Of a stretch of DNA of 64,000 nucleotides, positions 1 through 12,475 are shown piece after piece (within the stretch, counting starts at the first letter, position 1; every line of letters begins with the position of its first letter). The stretch is from NCBI GenBank assembly GCA_965178125.1, contig OZ237767.1:372001-436000 (forward strand), written 5' to 3'. Both the position numbers and the translations under genes were made by a program. This DNA is from Bilabrum cf. latius. Taxonomy: Eukaryota. Below the pieces are notes generated by a model. The model saw only the letters and a program-made list of their open reading frames with translations. It made no database searches and was not told the origin of the DNA.

Positions 1-1303
1 TATCCTCGAATTGCCGCATAACCATTTTATCTAATTTCTCGGCATCTCGCTTTCGCCGCGCTGGGGTGGAGTGTAAGGGCATGATTCGTGTGCTGATTGT
101 AACTCAGTTGCACTTCCCGTGGATTTGGGGATACCCGGAAGAAACCAGCCGGCTCCTGTGAGTTCATTATTGATGTACGCTCTGATTAAACTATGCTAGT
201 GGATACATAATTATTGAATGGGCACTTCCACCGGGACTGGGCTCGTCGTTTTGTTCGTTGTTCTAGGCGCTGCTTGTTGTACCGGTGTGATTGCTGCCTG
301 TGCGCGTTGCCGCGCAGTCTCATGGCTGTTCTAGGTACAATAGGTCTCTCAAGCTCGCGATGACAGTGATACGGAACAATTGATTGAATTGGAGGCAGGC
401 AACCGGCGAGTGCGCCGCAGACAAGGGCGAGCAGCAGCGGATCCAGCAATCGACGAGCGCTGGCTTGCAGTGCCATCAGCAAAACTGAACGACGACACAG
501 GCGCGGCTACCTAGCGTTCTGATACCAAACAGTAGCCTGTTCTCACGGCACGTGACCTGGAGCACGCCCCAGATGCAACCGGCATGTTTCTGCCGGCCCG
601 CGAGGATTTTGACCGGCGCGGGCGTGCCATCTACGGCGATGCTTGGGACAGAGCAACCCCGGCCGGTCCAGGTGGCGAGCCCTCCGGGCTACCTCTGAAA
701 GCCGTGTTTTCTATGCGCCCCTCCGCGATGCAGGACCTGCAAGCTAGAGCTAGGGCATAGGCCCGAGCACTTGCCTCCGAGAAGCGAGCACGCCGGATGC
801 CAAAGCACGACAGCAATCAGGCTGCTGCCCGCGGTAGTGGCCGTAGTGGCCGTAGCAGACGCAGGAAGCGAGCACGTCCACCACTTCCGGCCGCTGGTCT
901 TGTCATGAGCCCGCAATCAGCCGGTAAAGGTACTAAAACGAGCGAATCGATCGCTGCCAGTGCCAGTGAATCAAGCCGGGGGGCCAGTCCAAACCCAGCA
1001 CGAGGCGCACAGGTCAGTGGGGGCGAAAGCGGAGACGACGCAGACGTGTCCGGAGGCGATGGGATAGAAGAAGACTCGAGCGACGGCGGCGTAGACAGCA
1101 GCGATTTCGAGTGCGAGGTGGAACCCAAGTGGTGAGGGGGGCCGCCCCCATAGTGGGGTAGAACCAAAGCGCTGTATCCTCTGTTGCATTTCCGTGCCCA
1201 TCCAAGCTCAGTCTACGTGCATGCGCATGAGCCGATGACCACGCATTGCTGCAATCTACCACTAGTGGCGGCAAAAATGTTACATATAGAAGGGCAGCCC
1301 GCG

Positions 1304-3642
1304 TCAAGTGCCGGCATCGTCCCCCCCTCGATCGGCGGGCCCTCCCTCCACGGCCGCTCCCTCATCGCGATTGCCTGTGTCAGAACGCCCAGCCGCTGCC
1401 ACCGCCCCACCACTACCGGAATTGCTGAGATCCTCCTCGTCCAGCGACACAGACCTTTGCCTGCCTCTCCTGCCCCTCCTCTTCACCTACCCCGCACCAA
1501 TGCCTTGACCTCCTGTTCCTACCCATCCCACTGGGGTCGGCTGCGGTGAGGGTGATGATGATGATGCTGGACCGCCGGCTGCACTCGTCACACGAATGCC
1601 CGGCCGGTCGCCCCTCGCAGCCGTGGACAGGGCCGCTGTTCCCCTTGTTCCCTAGCCGATCCCGTACCTGCCGTCGCTGACCGACCTAACCTCTGCCCCC
1701 GCCCCGGCTCCAGCCCATGAGTTGGCGCCGATGCGTGGGGGTAGCCCACGTACTGTACCCGTTGTGGCCTGCATGTGTGACGAGTGCGATGTCCCGCCCT
1801 CGTCCAGTCTCCTGACCCCCACCCTGGGGCTAGCCTCTGCCCACTCGTCATACCCGCTCGTCATACCAGTAGTACCGCTCGATGCCCGGCTGCCCCCAGT
1901 AAATCCGCCGCTTCTGCTCCTACGGAACGCGCTGTTGCCACCGCTGCCGCCAGTCGCTCTGCCGCTCAGCAGCACGGCAAAATGCAGAGCACCCTGCTGC
2001 ATGCTCCTGGGGGACTCATCCGCCCTGTCACCGTCCACGTCCCCGTCCTCGCCATCGTCACCCGACCCAAGATCCAAAGCAGAGTCTCCATGATGCAGCC
2101 GGTGCAGGTCCCTAGCCAGCTCCAGTGCGGTGTCAGTCACGGCCCGCGTGCGGAGGGAATCCGATGCCAAGCCGGAAGAAGACCGTCTGCTGCGGCCTCC
2201 TCCCCTCCTCCCGCGGCCGCCCACTCCTGCACCGAGACCGTCAGCACTCGTCACACGGAGAAAATCCATGCGGGGCGGCAGCGCGGGCAGCAGCGAGTCC
2301 TCTTCCTCGCCCCCCCCACCGACGGGGGAGGGCAGGGGAAATGCGCCCGGGGGTGAGCGGTGCATCTCCTGGCCCGTGCTGCGGGCATCGGCGCCCTTCG
2401 GGCTCACTGCCGCAGCAGCACTTTCATCATCATCATCATCATCATAATCACCGTTATCGTCTACCTCTGTTACATCTCGCCGGCCGTAGGGCCCGCCATC
2501 GTCCGCCTCGTTCTCCCCCTTCCCGCCTGCACCTGCTTGCGACATGCGCGCCACCTAGTCATCGAGGTCCGTTGCTCCGGTGCGGGTCCCGGGCGAACCA
2601 CTCGTCACACCGACCCGGATCCGCAGGTCTTCCGTTCCACGCCGGGGGCTAGGCGTGATGTCTGCGCCGGTGCCCACTGCCAACGCCCCTGAGTCACTCG
2701 TCACACCAATCTCCGAGGCAGTCCCCGCCGACTCCCCCCGCCTGCTCCTCGTGCCCTCCCTGCCGCCTGCGACGCTCTCCAAGCCGGCAAACGAAGACGT
2801 CCTCAATCTGTGGCCGCTACCCCCGCCCCCCACCACGCCCCACCGTTGGCCTTGTGCTGCAGCGGCCAGAGCGTCTACGGCGGCGTGTGCTCCCGCAGGC
2901 GGCGCGTCCTCCCACACACCCTCCTCATCCTGCTCAAACCAGAGCCTGTTCAGCACCGTGACGTCAATGTCTGCTATTTCCGGGGTGCCCGAGGAGTGAA
3001 GGTCGGCCCACGCGCCGCGTGCAGGGAGTCGCTTCGCGTCGGGGTCCGTGAATGTCTCCCTGCTGCTGAGCGACGGAATCAGCATGGTGTTGTACCCAGT
3101 GTATGCCAGCAGAAACATCGAGAATGAAACGAGCATCCAGGCCGGTATCGTCACCGCCAGCTCCTTGCTGGGATAGTAGGTGAACCCGACCGCGAGCAGC
3201 CATGCCTCAGGTACGAAAGCCCAAACAAAGAAGATGACTGCGAGCAAGATACTACGAAGGCAAAATTTGACGAGTCCATGACAAGTTTAAACATTATCAT
3301 GCGCATGCAAAACGGTGCCTGCCTTACTTAAAGACAAGGCGCTGATGGCCCATCCAGCGAATCCATACGCTGCCACGAGCCTGCTTTCTTTGACCTCAAC
3401 ATCAATATCACCAGCCGACGAAGCTCGTCTCCTGCGATTTCTAGCGGGGAAAACTAGAGACATACACGCTGGACGGTAGAATCCAACACTCAGCCAATTG
3501 CAACACGGGGTTCTCACCTGCTTGAGACCGAAGACGGTGATCCAGACTAAGATTCGACCGAGTCGGCTCTTTGGCGACTTTTACGATTCGAAGAAGGAGT
3601 ACTGACGCGACTCCTTCTCCCAGATGGCGTCGCGCGCTCCAT
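1304..3642 (-). CDS. PIGP: PIG-P-like GPI-GlcNAc transferase subunit with a long low-complexity C-terminal extension (spliced; in-frame TAG at 3547, 2555, 1652, 1487)
   Basis: Removing intron 3238-3327 gives YGFAGWAISALSLIIFFVWAFVPEAWL...TYYPSKELAVTIPAW...PEIADIDVTVLNRLWF, the PIG-P pattern. ORF pieces 2555-3247, 1652-2554 and 1304-1486 share one frame, are joined only by TAG, and end at TGA. The start and first exon are provisional. Confidence 0.8.
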
Positions 3643-3761
3643 CGAATGGCACAGACAGGAACTTGAAGTTGCTCTTTGCTGCATAAACGAACCTTCGATA
3701 AGATACGGGATGAGGTTCGCTCTGAACACGTAACCTCCAGAACTTCACACTGTGGGCAACT

Positions 3762-5738
3762 ATGATCCGCCAGGCTTCATGCGCGCAGCGAGTATCAAGA
3801 ACATTCAAATCTTTGAGCCTAAGGACGATCTCTGCATCTGCATCGTCCTTGTACGCATACAGAGCGGCGGCAGGCACTGCGGGATCAATCGAAGCCGGAA
3901 GCATGAAAGCGGTAGAATGCAAGGGAGCTGACGGCACTATTGAGGTGTTATTTGTGCGAACCAAGACGGGCAAACTGTTCGGAGTTGAACCAAAGTGCCC
4001 GCACTACGGAGCACCTTTGGTGAGCGGAGTCGTGGCTGACGGGACCCCAACCTATGGTGTCAAGCCGAGTGCCAGCGTAATCTGCCCATGGCACTTGGCC
4101 GAGTTCGACTTGGAATCAGGTGCGAGCCTTGGCGGTCTGGCACTACGCGGCCTGCAGACCTACTCGGTCAACGAGGCCCCTGACGGATCCATCAAGGTGC
4201 AGCCGAAACCGAGCAACGCCGACGAGGCAAAGCCGCTGCCAGGCGCTTCCCAGTTTTTGCTTCGCGGCGGATTGCAAGACATCGACGGGGAATCTGTCGC
4301 CGCCGGTCTCCTATCCAAGGTGGTTGTGGTGGGCGCCGGCGCGGCGGGCATGGCCGCTGTGCAGGAGATGAGGGAGACTGGCTACAGGGGCCAGATCGTC
4401 GTGGTATCCCAGGAGAGGCACTTGCCCTACGACCGGACGAAGCTGAGCAAGGGCGTCATGCCAGCATCGGACGAGGACATGGCCGCGCTCACTCTTTACG
4501 ATTCCGAGTGGTTCGAGGAGCACCGAGTGACGCTGCTCCTCAACACGACCGCGACGGACTGCGACATGCATGAACATTCATTCATGCAGGGCGGCACTCT
4601 AAAGCTCTCAAGCAGCAGCAGCAGCAGCAGCAGCAGCGCCCCCACGGAAGGGAGCCTCGAGTTCGAGCACGCCGTGTTTGCGACCGGTTGCATCCCGAAC
4701 CGGTTGCCATAGTCATTGGTTCCGCCAGAGCGCGGCGCCGCCGTGCTCCGATCCGCCGACGACGCCATGGCCATCCGGAAGTCTTTGGACAGCGAGGACA
4801 CCAGAAAGGTGGTCATAGTGGGGACCTCGTTCATCGGCATGGAGATGGCCAAAGCCGTAAGCGAGAGGCTGGGCAAACCCGGACCGGAGGGGCTGGATGC
4901 GCTGACCGTGGTCGGGATGGAAGACGGGGTGTTCGCGAACCTTCTCCCGCCCCCGGCCAGGGAGCCGATCGAGAAGGCCGCGAGAGAGGCCGGGGTGAAG
5001 TTTCACTTCAACGCCTCGGTCGAGGGAACAACGGGCGGGGAGGATGGCCGTGTGCAGAGCGTGCAGGTCAAGGAGGGTGAGAACGGGCCGATCGTTGATG
5101 TGCCCTGTGATTTCCTGATCCTCGCCGTCGGTGGGCAGCCAGCGACCGAGGCACTGGTCGATGCCCTGGCGCACACAAGGTGTGGAATGGACTCGCGGAT
5201 CCTTGTTGACATCGACTCCAGGTGCGTGCCCACCACGGCTGCAGACGCCTCTATTTTCGTCGCGGGGGACATCGTGAGCGCTCCCCGAAGACAGGGGGGC
5301 CGTCGCGATCACATCGAGCACTGGGGGCACGCACAGGCCGAGGGGCGGTGGGTGGGGCGGCAGGTGGTCAGCGCGGCAAGCGGGAAAGACTGGGGCATTG
5401 TCGAGCGGAATGAAAGCATACCGTTTTTCTGGACGGCGGGGTTCGGAGGGAACGTTCGCATGGCGGGTCACGCGAATGAGACGGCGGAGAGGACCATGAG
5501 CACGGATTCGGAGCCGGGCTCCGGGTCCTTTGGCGTGTTTTACCACAGGAACGGGGAGATTCATGCCATGGCCACCCTGGGGAAGGACCCAGCCCCTTCA
5601 GCATTCGCTGCCCTGGCCAAGGTGCGCAAGTTGCCGGGTGCAGAGGCATTCAAGGGCGAGGAGGAGGGAGGTGGTGGCGGTGGTGGTGGGAAGGGACTCG
5701 CGACCACCGACATCGTCGAGGCGCTGAAGAGGGCCTGA
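3762..5738 (+). CDS. Rieske 2Fe-2S domain plus FAD/NAD pyridine nucleotide-disulfide oxidoreductase (AIF3-like); in-frame TAG at 4710
   Basis: CPHYG...CPWH Rieske motifs, the GAGAAG FAD motif, YDRTKLSK, VVIVGTSFIGMEMA, AGDI, IEHW and IPFFWT. The two halves are in frame across one TAG and the gene ends at TGA. Confidence 0.9.
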
Positions 5739-5909
5739 GCATCACGGGTGGCTGGAATTCATGTGGGTTTAGCGGATACGTCCAAAAAGCGCGTTTATTC
5801 GAAAATCTTTCCTGTGCAGTGGCACAGGACAACGAGAGTGAAAGTAGATCCACCATGCAGTGCAATTGCCGCAAGAACTGCATGGAGCGTTGTGGGGCCC
5901 ATTGTATTG

Positions 5910-8900
5910 ATGCAAGTCCTTGAAGCTATCGTAACGAACTTGCCTGTGCTTTGCATTGCCATGATAGCGTGTGCAGTAGCAAGAACAGAGATACCGTTTC
6001 AGTACGGTTGGCGGTTTCAATTCTGCGACGCGTCGTCCGGCGATCCAAATTGTATGCCGGGACCATATGGCGATGCACCAAGCATATTCGCAAACTATTG
6101 GAACGATTTGGCAGGATTCATTTGCACGTAGGCGGATGGGTCTCCTCTCCTAACCTCTGACAACAGATTTACTGCAGCAGATTGCGCGACCGGTTGCGCG
6201 TACGAACCAAGCTGCTTGGCGTGGCAGGCAAACCCTGGAGTAATTCATTGCGTGTATGCATTCAAAGGGTACAGATGCCGTCCAGACCCGAGCAAGAACG
6301 CAACCGCGTGGACGCACGGCGGATCCAGGACAGAGGAGCAGGCCAAGCGACCGATTCGAACCGACTATCCCTGGGCCAAGGAGAACCTTCCCGAGGCAGA
6401 TACATGGGAGATTGTTGATGCACCACACGATTACTTGATTCGGAACTCCACGTTCACTCACTTTGCCGATCCGTTCCACGCATACCTGCCTCGCAACTCG
6501 ACAGGATGGTACAGAAAACAGTTTGTCTTGCCCGAGGAATGGCTGCCGTCCATTGCAGGGTTTAACAGCACGATATTTATCCGATTCGAAGGCATATTTC
6601 ACCTCTCGTAGATCTGGCTGAACGGGCAGTACCTCGGCCAGCACGGCTCCCAGGAGGGCGGGTACTCGTAGTTCACCGTCCGGCTGGACAACTGCACTGC
6701 ACTGCGGTACGGTGCTTCCTCCTAGCCCAACGTGCTGGCCGTCCGCGTGGATGGATCCTTCGGCTCCGGGCACTGGTACGAAGGAGCCGGCATGTACCGC
6801 GGTGTGCAGCTGGTGAGGGCCCCCCTTGTGCACGTGGTGGAGGGAGGCCTCTTCGCCTCTCCCGAGCTCGATGTGACGAGTGATCAAGGTGTGACGAGTG
6901 CGACAGAAGGTGCAAGAGATAGAGGCACCGTGTCGATTCCAGTGTCCGTTGAGCTGGAGAACCATGGTTTAGAGGTTGCAACCGCTCGCATCGAGGTGCA
7001 ACTCACATCTGTCGATGGGGGTCCTGTGTTGGCTCGAGCGAATGTGACGAGAGTGATCGAGACGGCCGTGAGCTCCCCGCGGTGCATCCGTGACAGTGCT
7101 ACGCATGTGACAAGCGAGGGGGCAACAAGGCCGGGACTTCAGTCTGCATCATCGACCACCGCGCCGCACACGATCACGGCGCTGCTCACTCTCGATGTTG
7201 CGCCCAACGAGCTGGAGGCGTGGTCCGTGCAGCACCCCAGCGGACTGTATCAGGTGACCGCGACAGTGACTGCACTGCGCGGCGGTTCATCGGATCATCG
7301 CGCTCTTCCGACCGAAACATCAGATGCGGGATCATCGGAGATCCTCGCCGATGAGGTGACGGAGGAGGTTGGGTTCAGGACCGTGTCTGCCTCTTTGACG
7401 GAGGGCCTGATCCTGAACGGGGAGGCCTTCAAGCTCAGGGGGTTCTCCCACCACAACTCCTTCACGCAGCTGGGGACAGCCTTGTCCCCCCGCTTCGAGC
7501 TGTACAGGGTGCAGCAGGCCAGGGCCATGGGCGCCAACATCTGGAGGAACTCCCACAACCCCTACCGGCGGGAGCTGTACCAGCTGACCGACAGGATCGG
7601 GATGGTCATGTGGGACGAGCACAGGGACTATGGAGTGTTCGGGCCGTCAAGCAGCGAGGCGCCGCTCGGGGTGCAGGGGTTCAGCTACCTCCCTGGCATG
7701 CACGCCATGGTGAAGAGAGACAGGAACAGGCCTTCCATCGTGATGGCGAGCTTCTGCAACGAGTACGCGTGCGGGTGTGGCAGGAACACGACTGGCATTG
7801 CCTTCAGGAACGTCTCCAAGGCTCTTGCTCCTCACCTGCTCACTGCAGCGAATGGCGACACTGTGGGGCTGGACGTGCAGGGGCACTCGCACCGTACCAA
7901 TAGCACCTTTGCGCAGTTTCATCAGGAACACCCCGGTGTTCCCCAGGTCTTGTCCGAGTGTTGTTCCTGCAAGAGCCAGAGGCTGCCTGCCATCGATCGC
8001 GCGCTGCCTGCCTGCATCCAGAACGAGAACTCGCCAGGCCTGCTTCCCTACGTGCTCGGCTCTCTGGGAGTCTGGACCAGCTTCGATTACTACGGGGAAC
8101 AGCAAACATGGCCCGATGTGAGCAGTCCTTTCGGCCAGTTCGACATCGCAGGGATGCCCAAGCCGCACGCGTTCTGGTACAGGGCCAACTGGCTCCACAA
8201 GCGGCCTAGCACGGACCCGGGCAAGCCGCTGCAGCCTCCCGCCAACTTGACCAGGGTCTTGGATCTGCCCGACCAGCTGCAGCTTCTGGTCGACGCAGGT
8301 CCTCGTAGCGAACCAGCAGCGAACGTTCGTGCTATTAGCACGAGCCCAATCGCCGAGCTCATCACAGACGGAAAGAGCTAGGGCAAGCAGAGCACGCAGG
8401 GATCCTACCCTGACCAGGTCAACATGGTCAGCTGGAGCGTGCGCTTGGGGAACGTTCACCGAGAGAACAATGCGCACCCGGAAGAAGGGCAGTGCGAGTT
8501 CCCTACGAACCTGACGAACGTTCACTGCCTCGGACTCTCGAAGATGCCGGAGCCCTCCAGCCCGGACCAGTGCAGGCTGGGGTGCTGCGCGCTGCCGGGC
8601 TGCACTGTGTGGCAGTGGGCAGCCGACCGAGGGTGCTGGGCCGGCAGCGTGGACACAAAGCAGTGCGGGGCCAGCCGCGGCGTACCATGGGTAGGTGGGG
8701 GGCGAGCGGAGGCCCCTGGTGTGACGATTGCGAACCTGACCGTGCTGGGCCTGGCCGGGGACGGCAGCACCGTGGAGTCCAGGCACACCGTCCTCGCGCC
8801 CTCTGGAAATGACACGCTACTTATGGGTATCACAGACGTCCCCAGCCCCGCCTCGGGGACCGGCACCGCCCTGCTCCTCGATGGGGAGGACACTGCCCTG

Positions 8901-9401
8901 CTCCGGGTCATGCTCGCCGACGGGCAGGGCAACTTGAGGAGCACGGCGGTTGCCAACGTCAGCGCCACGATCGAGTCGGGGCCCGGGCGCGTGCTGGGCG
9001 TGGGCAGCGGAGACCCGGCCTGCAAGTGCCAGCCGGGCAGCGAGTCTTGCGGGACCTACGGCGGGCTGGCGAGGGTGCTGGTGCAGGTCACGGCCGACTG
9101 CGTGACCCCCAGCCGCGCGCTATCCAAGCAGATCGACGTGGACTCGGGGGCCAGGACGCTCATCGCGGGCCAGGGAACAGGGGTCGCGTGCCCCTCGGGG
9201 GGGGCGAACGTCGTGCGGGTGCAGGGGGTGTTGGATCCCTCCACTGTTCCCCAGGGAACAAGTGCTACGGTGGTGACTCGTGTGGTGGTGCCTGTGTCCA
9301 TCGATGTCCAATCCGATGGGGTACTTGCCGTGGCGCGCTCCAGTGGGATGCACGGGCAGGAACAGGATGTGGGGGCGATGATGGACCGGTTCCTCGGGTG
9401 A
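5910..9401 (+). CDS. Secreted glycoside hydrolase family 2 (beta-galactosidase-like) with Cys-rich inserts; in-frame TAG at 6129, 6609, 6669, 6723, 8379
   Basis: Hydrophobic N-terminus, GWYRKQF, FEGIF..S*IWLNG, WYEGAGMYR, RNSHNP, RDRNRPSIVMASFCNE, WTSFDYYGE, FGQFDIAGMPK and GVGSGDP. The frame is continuous to TGA at 9399. Confidence 0.9.
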
Positions 9402-9634
9402 TTTGATGGGTTGCTGATCTGTTTGTTTTTGCTGGTTTGATTGTTGGATCTAGACATGAAGTTGGCCGCAACATGCGACCATTGTTGACGCCATGCTTGC
9501 AAGAATGCGACCATCAGATTGCACTCGTCACTACGATAATAGCTTTGTCGCGAACGGACACGAGCTAAAATCGCGCATAGTGGCTGAACATAACTTACTG
9601 TGATAAAGCTAACGCCAGCAGTCGACTGTTTAGT

Positions 9635-10417
9635 ATGAGTGGGGCCTCTTTCACGGGGTCCTACACTGGTTCGACCTACGAGGGTGACAAAGTGTGGGGC
9701 GAAGCCGAAGGAGAGGGTAGATTTACGTTTGCGGATGGATTAGTGTATGAGGGTGACTTCCAAGATGGCGAATTTCACGGCAAAGGCAAGTTAATATTTC
9801 CGAATGGAGCAGTGATCAATGGAGTGTGGGAGCACGGGAGGGAGGTTGAATCTCACCTCACCTTTGAGGACGGTCTGGAATTCGCCAAGTCCCTTGAGGA
9901 GTGGAAATACTTGACGCCAGGGGACCGGCGCTATCACACAGAAAAGATTGAAGGACTAAGACCGGCAGGAAATACGCAGCGAAGCAACGATCCGGTCGAA
10001 TCGAAGCTGCCCGATGGCTCGTACGACGTTGGCGCCGGGCAGCACTACGACCCGAACACGGACCGAATCGTCGACACAACTACGTCGGAGTCCATTCGAA
10101 GACCCACCGCAAAAGAACGAGCATGGATTCTGAGCAAATGCCGAGTCGGTGCTCCGGCATCGGCCGGCGAGGCATCTGCGCAGATGCGCGGTGCTCGCTC
10201 GCTGCTCCCCGACGACGAGGACGTCAGGGCCAGAGGGACAGGGGCTAGTGGCAAGCCACAGGAAAGAGATGGGCCTGTAGGAAAGCCCCGGTAGACCACT
10301 GGCAGCACCGCGGGGAGGAGGGGCACAGCTGGCGCTGCTGCAGGTGCTAGCGACGGTGAGGTTAGAGCCGATGCTGACGCGGGCAAAGGGAGTTCCTCCT
10401 CTGGGGGAGGTACGTGA
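9635..10417 (+). CDS. MORN5: MORN repeat protein, MORN5-like; TAG at 10292 read through to TGA
   Basis: YEG..G.G MORN repeats followed by WKYLTPGDRRYHTEKIEGLRPAG, YDVG and WILSKCR. Confidence 0.8.
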
Positions 10418-10466
10418 TGCATTCAACGAAAGTACAGATACGTGATGCATTGAATGAAAGTACAGA
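10411..10466. repeat. 28-bp imperfect tandem duplication overlapping the MORN5-like stop codon
   Basis: tacgtgatgcattcaacgaaagtacaga followed by tacgtgatgcattgaatgaaagtacaga. Confidence 0.9.
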
Positions 10467-10567
10467 TCGGTAGCAAGATACAATTGGCCACGCATTGGAT
10501 GGCTGCAACCCTGGCACTGCCCTCTTATTGCCCCAAAACCCCTTGCACCGTCACCTTCACCTTCTAG

Positions 10568-10737
10568 CACACCCTCACACACTCGTCATGTCCACATCAC
10601 CCCATCGCCTCCTCCAGCACCCTCACACACTCGTCATGTCCAGATCACCCCATCGCCTCCTCCAGCACCCTCACACACTCGTCATGCCCAGATCACCCCA
10701 TCGCCTCCTCCAGCACCCTCACACACTCGTCATGCCC
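10568..10737 (-). repeat. 48-bp tandem repeat (about 3.5 copies) duplicating the last ankyrin helix and stop codon of the adjacent gene
   Basis: The unit translates on the minus strand as GHDECVRVLEEAMG-TGA-S. Confidence 0.9.
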
Positions 10738-12380
10738 CCCCAATCGAGCCGCCTCCAGCGGACCCACCACCCTGGTCCCGCCCGCCCCGTCCTCCATCTC
10801 GCCCTTGATCTCCAGCCCGCCCGCCAGCTTGCCCAGCCTCAGCCTCCTGGCCAGCTCCATGGGCCTGCCCTCAGCTGCAGCTTCGAACACCATGCCTGCG
10901 TCCCTCTCGGCCTCGTGCGACCGCCTGAAGCGGACCATGCAGCTCTTCCGCGCTCTCCACGCTCTGGCTTGGATGATTTCTCGAATCTTCTTTGCGTGCC
11001 CATGCTCGCGCTTGCCATTGACCAGCAGATGCAGGAACCGGTCGGGGTCCCTTTCTGCTTCGGGGAAATCCTTCATCGCCATAGCCGCATTGAATAGCGT
11101 CCGTCGGGCGTCCAACACGCGTGTAGGAGGCTTTGCTTTCATTTTCTTGGTCCGGTTGGTCACTTTGGTGATGAAATCATCGGACACGGTGGCGCCGTGT
11201 GCGACCAGCTGTGCGACCATCGGTAGGCTGTCGTATGGTGAGGTCTCGACTGGAACCTGCGTCAGCGGGGTCCGGTCAGCCTGCAATACTGGTCTAGACA
11301 ACAAGCCATGATGTAGGGACAAAGCTTGGACGCTCGTTTTGATGCCAAGCGATAAACCTGTTTGTTCCATCACCTAAGCCTAGACATCATGGGAGGCCGT
11401 TCTGGCGCCGATGTACTCACCCTGCATCTCCTGTTCAGGTCTGCTCCACGTGCGACCAGCAGTGGTACGACGTCGGATATCATGGAAAGCGCAGCAAAGT
11501 GAGCGGCAGTGAAGCCCATCTGAGCAGTGCAGAGGATGGTCATTGATAAGTAGCATACTTCGCCGCATGCATCGCAGATGACTGCAATGTATTCACAAGA
11601 CGTCTGCTCACGCTGTCAGTCCAGTTCGGATCCAAGCCAGCTGCATTTGGATCCAGAAGTGCACGAACCACTTCCAAATCGCAACGAGCATACCCCGCTG
11701 TGGCCAAAATTAAGCTGTTCCTCCTATTGTTCTACGCCTTTTCTGCCTCTCTAAGCACTGCGCATGCCTCCTTGTGGCCCTGCACCGCAGCCAGCATCAA
11801 CGGAGTTCGCCGCTCGTCCTGCAAAGCGGCGGTCGATGCATAGCATGAACAGGTATCGTCATACGTAATCAAACAATTTCTGCAGACCAGGTTTAACATA
11901 TGCAGTTGGATCGGTAACCCACCCCTCCAACGGGCACGCAAGGCAAGCTGCCCTGGACGAGGACCCGGCAGGTCTAGGCCTAGCCACAGCACGCGGCCAA
12001 ATGGAGTGCCGTGTACGCTTTGCCGATAAACAAAGCAGATTCAGCACCGGCACCATCGCTGAATTCCATTTTAACCAGTCGATTGCACACTCTTGGTAAC
12101 CCGAGAACGGCTGAGAATTCCAGCGTGTTGAGATCCTGCGGCGCATTACACAAAATCTATTACGAGACCGATCGTACTTCATCATTCAATATAAAAATGT
12201 TTATGAGCGTGTCTTTCTAACTCTTCGCCCAATCAGCGGGAGCAGGATCGGCATGAGCCTTTCGGGAATGCACTGCAGTCCGGTTCTGGTAGTATGCGCT
12301 GATTCAATGAGTCGCAACGCAGCAGCGTCGCCCGCCTCTGCATCTCGAAATGTCACTGGAGAAATTCTACTGGCGGACAT
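10693..12380 (-). CDS. Multi-exon ankyrin repeat protein; in-frame TAG at 11980, 11974, 11732
   Basis: Exons translate to YTALHLAACCG*A*TCRVLV, RTPLMLAAVQGHKEACAVL, GFTAAHFAALS...LLVARGADLN and GPLEAARLGGHDECVRVL, separated by GT-AG introns. The start is uncertain. Confidence 0.75.
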
Positions 12381-12475
12381 TTTGGAGGCTGGGCCTGGAC
12401 TGCGCATGGACCCATTATCATTACAGTGCAGTGCATGCCAGTGGAGGCGAGCGCGTTGGTTCATTCTTCCCTCGC

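Noticed and set aside
797-1135. 112-aa basic/acidic low-complexity ORF
   Set aside because: It may be the last exon of a gene, but I found no homology or convincing gene model, so it is not called.
6609-6725. TAGs as 3' splice acceptors of tiny introns
   Set aside because: GH2 homology is continuous on both sides (FEGIFHLS*IWLNG, GGYS*F), leaving no room for introns. The same holds for CapZ alpha.
10568-10737. CRISPR array, or UGA read-through/selenocysteine, in the 48-bp repeats
   Set aside because: There are no unique spacers. The repeats are direct tandem copies of the gene end, and TGA is the dominant true stop elsewhere.
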